Part shown: positions 10,730 through 19,940 of the stretch, in pieces | Numbering within the stretch: the stretch's first letter is position 1 | How the letters are laid out: each line of letters opens with the position of its first letter | NCBI GenBank assembly: GCA_000934665.2 | Contig: KZ538466.1 | Location: 48,648-68,647, forward strand | Source of the DNA: Catajapyx aquilonaris | Taxonomy: Eukaryota | Direction: 5' to 3' | Length of the DNA stretch: 20,000 nt | Made by a program: the position numbers and the translations under genes | Notes under the pieces: generated by a model | Told to the model about the DNA's origin: nothing | Database searches by the model: none | The model's input: only the letters and a program-made list of their open reading frames with translations

Positions 10730-11830
10730 ATTGGGGCATAACGCATAATGAAGCTGGGGATGTGAAACCCAGGAAAACTAGTTGGTGGATGGGACGAGAG
10801 GGGTAGAGGGAGGGAGGGGAGGTCACCTCTACCGGAATGAAGACGACGGTGGCCCGGAGGTTAATTCAATCCGGGCGCTGCCATTTGGGGATGGCTCCCC
10901 GTACAGTCCCCCATTCGGCCTCGGCGACTAATGCTTAAGTTACTCTATTCTCTCATTGAAATTGCCCACTGTGCCCTGCACACCCCGGATTGCCGCGATA
11001 CTACTCTCAAATTCCGGGCTATTCAAGCTTTCCTACGTAAACCGATTGGTGGGAGGAAGGGGAGGGAGAAGCAGAAACCACCCTCCCCCCTTCTCTCCCC
11101 TTCCCCAGTCACCACCCCTTTTCCTCAATAAGGAGGATTATGTACTTTATATTGGATGGAGAGAGTCTATGCAACTAGGCAAACGATTTCCCAAGCAAGC
11201 AAGCTTTTAAGTTTCCATAATACCGTAGTGGAAGGGGGGAGGGGGGGGGGAGCTTAAATGAAAATGGTGGAATCAGACAAAGGAAGCAATTTGCAGTTGA
11301 ATCTTCAAAGGCACAGTTCATCGTTTTTGTGATTTATTTTTGCAAAAAAAAAGGTGTGCTTTCGTTTCCGTCTCGTTCATCAAATTGTTTCGGAAAAAAA
11401 TGTCGAACTCACTAGGATTTCTCCAATGGGGTTTAACCCACTTAGAAGAATCAAAAGGGTTCTTGCTAGTTATGACCGCCTGTTTTCTCCACCAATTTGA
11501 AAAGGAATTATGGTGTTGACAAATTGAACTCTCAGAGCTAATAGAGCTCCTGAAAATTTTCGTGGCGTAAGATATCGCTTCAGGTATTGCTGTACTATCG
11601 GGTTCAAATACTTTTGGCCACTTTATCCTGGTCTTGAAGCAACCCTTCGCGCGCGCACACCTCCTTTCTCCTGAATGTGGGGTCTGTGCGAAGGGTTGCT
11701 TCAAGACCAGGATAAAGTGGCCAAAAGATCGTATTAGAACCCGATAGTACGTATGCTCTTTTAGAAAAAAATGTGCATTGTATACTCCACTGTTTGGCTC
11801 ACTTTTGACTTCTTTTCATCAATTACTGAT
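10730..11830 (-). mobile_element. Fossil LINE RT (CR1/L2/Jockey-like), interrupted by the 11595 MITE
   Basis: Minus strand: SGVYNAHFFLKEH ~11753-11791 (GxDxI..FLK); KIFRSSIS..FSNWWRKQAVI..NPFDSSKWVKP 11429-11560 (IFNxS..FPxxWKxAxV..DxSNYRP); LWKLKSL ~11200-11220; GP/VFIPV/DLP 10816-10855; IMRYA 10735-10749. Confidence 0.45.
11595..11747. mobile_element. 153-bp hairpin MITE, TA (or GTAC) target duplication
   Basis: Termini CTATCGGGTTC...GAACCCGATAG are flanked by TA on both sides (11593-94, 11748-49). Perfect 40-bp inverted repeat at 11611-11650/11688-11727. Confidence 0.88.
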
Positions 11831-12059
11831 TAGATAGAGGTGTGTTACCTAGGGCACTGTTTTTTCGAAGTGTGAATGTGTGATTCATCATAGAAGTGTA
11901 ATAGGCCTACTAATGGCATTTGAATCAAAGTAGTTAATTTCTGGAGAGAATATAATTCCAAGATGTCAAAAGCTTCTTAATAATTATTATTGCATTATCT
12001 GAAAGTGTCAAAGCTGCTTTAAGATTGACACAAAATAAGATCACTTTAACTAACATATA

Positions 12060-12085
12060 CAGTCGGCCCCCGGTTATCCGCGGTT
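12060..12085. mobile_element. Solo pogo/Tigger-like TIR
   Basis: TA followed by CAGTCGGCCCCCGGTTATCCGCGG, which resembles the CAGTNGNCCC..TATCCG TIRs of pogo/Tigger elements. No partner TIR found. Confidence 0.55.
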
Positions 12086-12124
12086 TGAAAATGCTATATC
12101 AATATTCAATCAAAACATTAAATT

Positions 12125-13540
12125 AAAAATCCAACACTACCGGGTAGTCTGTAATTCTCGTTGGTATAGGTGGTTTGTATAGCACCTGAATATCTTTGCC
12201 CAAAACCCTTTTTTTCACGTATTATACTTGATATTATGCACACTGCATCCTGTATAATGTGTTCCTGCTTTCCAACCCCACGACTGAATTCTGCTTGCTT
12301 TCAGTTTTGGTAATGGCTCTGCCTACCTACACCGGTCACGCCCTCATACAAAATTGCCTGATTTGAAACCCCTCGGAAACAAAAGCTCAGGTTTGCTTTC
12401 ACAGCAAAGTTTTTTTTTCCACCTAGAAAAAAAAACGTTACTGCCAAAACCCAATTGTAGTGGAGAAAAACGATACCACTGATTGAATTTCAGGCTATTT
12501 GTCGAAGATTGGTTTCTTGATTTGACAAAGTGAAACAAAATCCACATGAACCCGCAGAAAACACCACGACGAGCCAATCCACGTGGAGATGACAAGTCAG
12601 GTGAGTTGTGCACCACCTTTAGACACTCGAAGAAAAAGAAAAGACTGAAAAAGAAAAATTGTGGTATTAAACGGAATGGCAAGCAGGAACATTGCTGGAC
12701 TCCCCCCCTTTTTGCCTGCCCTCACCTCCTTTCTCCGGATAACTGCTGCCCCGTAGTAAAACTTGAAGAAACGAGCGCTGGTTGACAGCTCGGGGACTCG
12801 CCTTTTGTCAGTTAGGGCCAGTCCCCGAGACAAATAACGGCTGCAGTCATGACGCCCCCATATGCATTATTTGCAGCCCCCAATCCCGAAAGGACCAACC
12901 ACCATTTTGGGAGCCCCTTTTTCCTTGGACTCCCCCAACGACTCTCGTTAAGTATAAAAATTCCTGCAACTTTAAGGGGGTCCAGTCTTGGCACACAGAC
13001 ACAGACACACATTGCATATATAGGCACGGGCCAAAAACTGCAAAGCTTCCGCCAGAAGCTTCCTAGACGTGCTTTGAAATACTCCTGGGACAATGTTTTA
13101 TGCATGATTAGAGAAAAGAGAGGAGTAACCCAATCCCACTTGCATTCATGTATGCCAAGAAAGTGCAATGAATAGCTAACAACTTCTCCGAGACGCTTTC
13201 CTAGACTGCACTTTGAATGAAAACCCCTCCCGCGTTGCTCTGTAGGGTTTAGAAGGTGAGCTACAAAAATAACATAGAAACTGCCTGCTATGTTACTGGC
13301 ACGCTGTAAACTTCCAAAATCATATCCGTCGCTGTTTTGCTTTCATTTTGGCTGAGGCTGGCAACAAAAAAAAATTTGCTTGTTTTTTTTTTGGAAGGTG
13401 GAAGCACAGCGGGTATAGAGCCATTTCCAGCACGCGAGATTTGTTGATATTTACACATTCTTTTGGGCCGGCAGTTGAGAAGATTATTTGGCACGACCAG
13501 ACAGCAGCTCATCTTTGTTGCAGGTGTGTGATCCAAGCAG
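12125..13540 (-). mobile_element. Fossil LINE RT, clade uncertain
   Basis: Minus strand in order: ISRAGNGSI..PPSKKK ~13385-13440 (IPxxW..PIxKKG); TPLFSLIMHK and YFKARLGSFWRKL 13043-13081 (FxKAFDSVWR); RVPELSTSARFFKFYY 12753-12800 (GVPQGSxLxPxLFxxY); NTTIF 12654-12668 (DDTTIF); FNQWYRFSPLQL; VLYK..DY ~12140-12185. Confidence 0.45.
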
Positions 13541-13699
13541 CTGCCACTATTCTAGGCACGCAACACTGCAACTCTATTATGATACTTTCATAAAAAGAAA
13601 TTTACACGATTTACACGATGTAAATATAAGTTTGCACAGGATATGTTATACTGCACATTAATGCAGAGTCACATTTACGAATTTACCCTCACTAAGAAT

Positions 13700-14321
13700 A
13701 CAAGACTTGAAATGCTAATGGTAGTGTAATTTCTCTACAAAAAATTTTATCCATCATCACCTCATTGATCAATGTGACTATGATCGTTTTGCTTCAAGTC
13801 GGTTATTTGCACATCTCCATATCTTTGGCTATAGGGTATTCAGACAATATGACCTCTGTGTTTATCCTTACCCTGAAGAGCTAACCTCTACTCTCGCCTG
13901 TTCGCAGGATATCTAACTGCCAGGATATTATAGACAAAGTAATGGACCGCGAAGGAAATATTGACCTGAATGTAACAGGACACTATCGAACTAGCCCTGG
14001 GCTGATATACTAGTCGACCTAATGTTAGGTCTAAAATCTCCTCCATGCCACCAGTTGATAGCAGCGATGTAAGTAAAGTTTACATTATTTTACCCAGATG
14101 GGTTATAGGGATATCACCATTATTAGAGACCAGACTCATTAATAAGTGCGTCCCTTTGGCTAACTCTACATACCCCCAACTTTGTCCCACTCTGAATCTC
14201 AGGTTATGCTTGCACCATTACGGCAATGAGAGTGAATTCTGGCCAAAAGGCCTTCCAGCAAAGCAGAACATTAACCAGTTGCAAGCCTAGGGCGTAGATT
14301 CAGTCCAGAACCTTGCTATAT

Positions 14322-14357
<36 letters not shown>

Positions 14358-14900
14358 CAAACTGACACGGCTCGTTACATTTCCCTATTAACTTTCAGCT
14401 CTCCCTCACCCCCCTTTCCCCTACCTCCTACCCCAAATCCAAAGTGGCACCCCTCTACCCCCATCATGGCAATATCTGCACCAACGGGGGTGGAATTGAC
14501 CAATAATCACAGTCTTATCACTTTATACAGTTCACTTCCCTAATGTGCCATTCAGCCTTAATTCCCTCTGCCATCTTAAGTGTAATTCCCTCGTCCTAAA
14601 AGGGGAGAAAGTAGGGTGGTCCTTATTAAATATTTCATTCATAACGAGCTGGGCAATATCATCACAAACACTGCTGGAGTTCCGACTTGGGAATCAATTG
14701 GAAGAAAATTTTCAAGCCTAATTATTTTGAGCACTCATATTTGAAAAAAAATTGTATTTTGGGTGTAGTAATGTGCAAATATTTTGCAACATTTGTTGGC
14801 CAAAATGGTCGCGATTTACGCACACCTCAAAACATCAGCGTTTCCCTCCCCCTCTATCCACTTTCTGGATTCCCGAGGTGATATGGTGCAAGGGAACCAC
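13700..14900 (+). mobile_element. Fossil LINE AP-endonuclease domain and start of linker
   Basis: SRLFAHLHIFGYRV..CVYPYPEE 13797-13880 (ERI..L.I.G....VYAPxE); CQDIIDKVMDREGNIDLNVTG 13918-13980 (LQxxID..GDLNAxxG); TRLINKC/LCPTLNLRL in ORF 14045 (RLIxxCxxxNLxI); HHKHCW 14660-14677 (HKYTW); PR*YGARE 14873-14896 (PWFDxEC). Confidence 0.5.
14326..14355. repeat. (TC)15 microsatellite
   Basis: Direct read. Confidence 0.95.
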
Positions 14901-15277
14901 CGGGTCTACGCTTTATACTGCCACTTTTACTTTGGCTCATCTGTCAGCAACGACATCGTAACGCAGCTTGTATTAGTCTTCCAGTCAATAAAGTCAAACT
15001 AGAACGCCAATGTTTCTCGCCTTTCCGGACTCGTGATGGTCGCTTACACACACAAACACACAAATGCGGTTCACTTTGACCAAGGTCTCTGACTAACCGC
15101 TCGGGAATAGTCAACAAAGACTGACCAAGCACTTCAAATGCTTTAAAACAATAATGCAGTCCAGTTGCGCACTCACTTTAGATGTAATATTCACTGTGAG
15201 TGGTCTATACATCGGTACACAAAATTATACGAATGCATCCGAAAAGCGAAGTTTTGATGGAGTCGATTCAGTCCTGT

Positions 15278-15505
15278 TCATACGGTACACTTCTGAAGCG
15301 CATTAGGATGCAAGTATAACCCATAAATTGTGTAGAGAAATGGTGTGTCTTTCTAAAGCAAAGGTGATTAATCCTGATACAAAATCGTCTGAAAAATAAT
15401 GTTGAGAGAAGGCGCTGGAAATGAGTATCTTCTGTTGTAAAACATGGAGAGACTCGGTTGGTCATTCATCAGATCATATCTACCATGAGAGAAAGGATGG
15501 AATTG
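15278..15505 (+). pseudogene. Possible very old mariner transposase fragment
   Basis: SYGT 15278-15289, HKLC 15322-15333, GNEYL ~15417, GET ~15446 and RERME ~15488 occur in mariner order (ISYGTV..KLCARWVP..GNEFL..TGDETW..KRQSMEW), but the matches are short. Confidence 0.3.
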
Positions 15506-15595
15506 GTTTTATATTCCTTAGTAAGACAGCAGAAAAACACTATACAGAGCGATAGTATTGTACAGCACATTAGTACTATTGATTTCTCCCACATA

Positions 15596-15929
15596 CAGGG
15601 TGTTTCAACTTTTTTTTGTCCGAACCGTTATCGGAAAATTGCACGTAGCTGCTACTTTGTAAGCAGTGACTTGCAAACGGTGATTTTTCGGAGGAACGGG
15701 GAATATTCCCTGCGAATCGTAGGTTGAAGTGTGGCATACGTGCTGCCCGCTGAAAATTGAGGGTCAAGCCTGGAAAAAAGAGAGTCACAGATGCCATGGG
15801 ATGTGTGACCTTCTTTTTCCCCATTCCCCATTCCTCCGACAAATCACCGGTTGCAAGTCACTGATTACAAAGTAGCAGCTACGTGCAATTTTCCGATAAC
15901 TGTTCGGACAAAAAAGTTGAAACACCCTG
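15596..15929. mobile_element. 334-bp Tc1/mariner-type MITE
   Basis: TA|CAGGGTGTTTCAAC...GTTGAAACACCCTG|TA, with ~108-bp near-perfect TIRs (15596-15704 / 15823-15929) and no coding capacity. Confidence 0.95.
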
Positions 15930-15999
15930 TATATGCCTTGAAAAAGAAATTAATTCCAAAATACCTTATATTTGAAAATCAGATCTGTACAAAAAAAGG

Positions 16000-16290
16000 C
16001 AGAGTCAGCATGTAGGAGAACTAGTCATATTTCTATAAAAATAAATTTAAAATTCGCTTACTAATGCCTGTTTTGTGCATACAAAGATTCGCCATTAGGG
16101 AGTCCACAATTATTAAAATCGTTCACACAAAAAGGAAACCATGTAGTTTCGCAACTTGGGCATTTGTTACCGGATAATGAGGATTACTTTTTTCGTGTCT
16201 GGTGACAATGTTGGTCTATCAGTACAATCCCGAAGCGAAAGTGGTTAGCAAACAGTGGAAACATCTCTTGCCCTCTCGTCCCCTGTCATC
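16000..16290 (+). pseudogene. Mariner transposase fragment (WVPxxL region to just past the first catalytic D)
   Basis: PQLLKSFTQK..DNEDYFFRV 16104-16199, SGD 16198-16206, and MLVYQYNPEAKVVSKQWKHLLPSRP 16208-16282 match mariner WVPxLLTxxQK..DFFxRLVTGDETWVYxYDPETKxxSxQWKHxxSPxP, with frameshifts. Confidence 0.75.
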
Positions 16291-16460
16291 ACGTGGCGGA
16301 AGTGTGGTTAGCACTACAACATACAAAAAAAAATCCAATGAGCTAGTGAAGTATCGTCGATGAAAAAAAAAAATGTCTCATTTGAAAGAGGACGAGCATG
16401 CATAGAAAAATATCAGGATCGACTGAGAAAATGGACACAAATGCAATTGATTATTATACG

Positions 16461-16776
16461 TGGCCGAGATGGTAACGTCTCGGCTTGCTGAGTGAAAGGT
16501 CTCAGGTTCGATCCCCGCCTGGGAGTTCCCTTTCACCTGCGTCAGGAGGGTCTCTGACCCGCAGTTGGAGGTGTCTGGCAACCTAACCTCCTTTCCAGCT
16601 ATTGCACTTGCACCCATGTTCCCTCCCCGAAAATCCATATCTTTACCCAATGTCCTTGATGCCCTGCACCGGAACTCGAAGAAAAAATGGAACATAGAAA
16701 ATGTATGTGGTATTCCACCCCCCCCCCCCCCCAACATTGACACTGGTCTCATGGGCTACAACTTTTTTAAAAAAAA
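16461..16776 (+). mobile_element. tRNA-derived SINE (family B, copy 1; lacks ~13 nt at the 5' end relative to copy 2)
   Basis: A box TGGCCGAGATGG at 16461; B box GGTTCGATCCC 16505-16515; aligns to the reverse complement of ~19436-19723; short A tail; TSD TATTATACGT 16452-16461 / 16777-16786. Confidence 0.92.
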
Positions 16777-17367
16777 TATTATACGTAATAGCTTCCTTAG
16801 TGTAATCATGAATTTGGCAACACTGTGCTCTCACGAAAGCTTAAAAAATCTACAATGTTGGGACCTTAAAAATGATCCCTCCCGACCAATATGGCAACGG
16901 TGCACTAATCTTTTCCCACCTTATCCATATCAGATGTCCCTCCTAATCATCCCCATCATCTTTGGCATGTCTCTCTACATTTTTAGGAACTGCCTGGATG
17001 ACCTCCAATTATCCCCTCCTCATCTTCAATTAATTTAGAGTAACAATTTTGGGGTTGAACAAAATAATAAGCGATTTTCACGTCATCAAGATTGACGTCA
17101 GGGATATAGTAAGAATACTACAACAAACTGCTCCAATCATCTCCATAAAATGCAAAATATGGTTATTTTGCTGTTAAAAACAAGGATAATTATATGATAT
17201 AAAATAACCGCCTTCAAGAGAGCAATCCAGTTGACAATATATATAGGGCTTATTGTCAGAATAATTTGTTTGCGGGAGGTATATTATGAGCTCATTCTAA
17301 TGAGGATGATAAATTGTGAGTAAAAATTATTACTTCCTAGTGTATATAGAAAGTTTCGCCTTATTTA

Positions 17368-17511
17368 ATGTACGGAAAACGAGAGAACGATCTGATGTCA
17401 TCGTTTCTTCCATGGTTGCTTTTTGTTGACACTGTTTACTCATATTGTTCTGTAAGGGTATTTCCATGAAAACTTTGATGACGCCAGATCGTTCTCTCGT
17501 TTTCCGTACAT
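17368..17511. mobile_element. 144-bp MITE with ~35-bp TIRs and probable TA TSD
   Basis: TA|ATGTACGGAAAACGAGAGAACGATCTGATGTCATC...GATGACGCCAGATCGTTCTCTCGTTTTCCGTACAT|TA; two mismatches between the arms. Confidence 0.85.
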
Positions 17512-17959
17512 TATTACTTCATTAAAAATTCAACGACACAGTTCAAGTAATACAGTAACAAATTATTTTGTTATGAAATGATAGGGTTATTAATTCATAA
17601 TTAATAGTTATTAATAAAGCTGCACTATCGCATATAACGATATTCATTATTTTATTAGCCCATATGCTGATACACATTGAGGTAGGCAATAATGAAACAC
17701 ATAACTCCATAATATTTTTACAATAGTGCCAGTTTGCTGAAATGCTCCACAATTTGACTATACCCCACAACCCCTAATATCCAGCCATAGCAGTCAGTAG
17801 AGCAATGACAGCTTGATAGCAGGCATGCAGCCGCATCTGAAAAACGAATCACGTCTAGCAGCATCCGGCGCGGAATCGCATCAAGCCGAAAGGCAATTAA
17901 AAACAAGCGCCTTATCTGCCGACCAAGCGACTAGAAAAAGAAACCCCCTTGAAGTGGAG

Positions 17960-19940
17960 GAAGCAACAATTCCACCCATCTGTCTCCAGTAGACCCCCGA
18001 ATCTCTCTCCTGGATGCAGCAGGCAGTTGCACAAGGGGAGTCAATGTGATGGAAGGCCCACCCTATACCCGACACACCATCTGCTTCCAGGTGATATTTC
18101 ACAATAGTCGAGGTTATTCCTATGGAAACCCGGAACAGTTGGACAACAGCCACCTCCCTCCCAATTTATAAGATTGTCGGTGACGTGTGTTCGGAATCTC
18201 CCACTTTACGAGCGCCTCGGAACCAAAGTGTGCACTTGCAACCTACCTTTCCCACTCATCCTCTGCACCTGCAGCCACTTTTTTTTATAGGCATAGCTCG
18301 CTCAGCTCTATACCAAAAGCACGCCATTGCGCTGCTCATATCCTAAGGGCCATTCTTTTACAGCCTGGGATATGCCAGGTGGTCCAAGATCAACTCCCCA
18401 CACCGTTTCGGTGCGCGTTTTCAATCATTCATCATCAAGAGAATCTGGGACAGGGAGAACTGTGTCGGAGGATAACGATATTATACAAGGGTTTGATCCG
18501 TGCCAAATCGATTTTTTGGGGATTTCATTGGTGATGAAAAATTGCCTGAAGAGTTTATCGTAGAACGCATGGTATTTTTTTTGCGTAATCCCTTTTGATA
18601 AAAAAATTAGGAAAATTATGACCAGAAATTAAAAGTACATGGACCGGTACAGCTAAAAATTAATTGCAATATTAGTCCAATAAAATTTGTCTGAAATGGG
18701 CCTGGATTCGGACCATTATTTTGTTTGCATGCTGCATATTTTGTTTGTCGTGCATAATTCTTCGCAAAACAAAATAAATACACGACTAGTATACAGTAGA
18801 CATGTTTCACTTTAGGAGTAATGTGTTGTATACAGAATAGCACATTTTCCTTGACTTTCATACTAGAATATGATTCGATACAAGGCGGAGGCAAAGGAGA
18901 ATGACCTTACCTCATTGCTCTCAAACATTAGTTATTTTATATCGTTTCTTACAACTTATCTCAAATTGGTCTTGCTTTTGCAGCCGTTACTTCATTCAAT
19001 AGACAAAATAATATTATTAATTGGAAGGGAACTATTCAGTTAATATTTCCCACCTTCTGCATCGTATGTCGTGGGAATTGAATCAGGGCATCGTATAGAG
19101 AGATGTGGCGAGCTCATTCTCAAAACCTGCCAGCTACCATATACCTCCAAAATCTACATATTGCAGTTTAACATATACAAAATATACTCTGTATGGTATG
19201 CATGAATAAACGCAACAGGTTTGAATTACCAAGCGACTCAAGCTGGTAGATTACTCGCATCCATGGAGCCAACATCCATCCAGCCTTCGCTGCTTGGGTT
19301 GCCCAATGCCTAGGATACATGTGGAAAAAAAAAAACCCATATAATCTGTATGAGTAGCCTAATCCAGTCAAATAATATCAATGTCCAATTTCTTTTACGT
19401 TACCCCGTGATAGGGCCATAGGCCCTTATAGGGGAGTGGAATACCACCATTTTTCCTGCAATTTTCTGCTTTTTTTTCTTCTAACTCCGGTGCAAGGATG
19501 AAAGGACATGGGGTAAGGATAGGGATTTTTTGGGGAGGGAACATAGGTGCAAGTGCAATGTCGGTAAAGGGGTCTTGTGCTGTTCCCCAGGAGGTTAGGT
19601 TGCCAGACACCTCCTTGGTGCAGGTCAGAGACCCTCCTGACGCAGGTGAAAGGAAAGTTCCCCAGGCGGGGATCGAACCTGGGGCCTTTCACTCAGCAAG
19701 CCGAGGCGTTACCATCTCGGCCATCTACACCTCCCCAAATTCCAATATTCTTTACTGTATAGGCTTATACACTGAGCTCACTGAGATACACTTAATAATG
19801 GCACTAACAAGGGAAGTGTCTGTAGGGCCATCGGCCAATCGGCCCGAAAATGACACTAGGGGTAAATCGCAGGCCAGAAATTCATTGGCGAAAGTAAAAA
19901 GTTGCATTAGCCAAGCGTTTTCGAGATATGGGCGACTATA
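17960..19940 (+). mobile_element. Fossil LINE RT and C-terminal region (RTE/RTEX-like), interrupted by SINE B2
   Basis: SM*WKAHPIPD 18041-18073 (MKxxKAPGPD); IPMETRNSWTTATSLPIYKIVGD 18116-18184 (IPxxWxxAxIxPIYKKGD); FRCAFSIIHH 18406-18435 (GFRxxxSTxDH); IIQGFDP ~18478-18500 (KAFD); LKINCNIS 18653-18676; SQIGLAF 18959-18979; ILKTCQLPYTSK 19116-19151; LYGMHE 19189-19206; SLLGLPN 19287-19307. Evidence beyond the SINE (GLYTEL, KVKSC) is weaker. Confidence 0.65.
19390..19736 (-). mobile_element. tRNA-derived SINE (family B, copy 2, full length)
   Basis: Minus strand reads GGGGAGGTGTAGATGGCCGAGATGG (A box)...GGTTCGATCCC (B box). Colinear with the copy at 16461 but has an extra ~17-nt internal segment. 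Degenerate TSD aatgtccaat (19380-89) / aaattccaat (19737-46). Confidence 0.92.

Noticed and set aside
12494..12606. Exon-like segment ending CAG|GTGAGT (MNPQKTP.. or MTSQ)
   Set aside because: All three frames contain stops after the acceptor, and it lies antisense to an RT fossil.
1150..19940. Uni-strand (flamenco-like) piRNA cluster
   Set aside because: Fossil LINE orientation is mixed (3 +, 4 -) and the SINEs are also mixed, so there is no strand bias.
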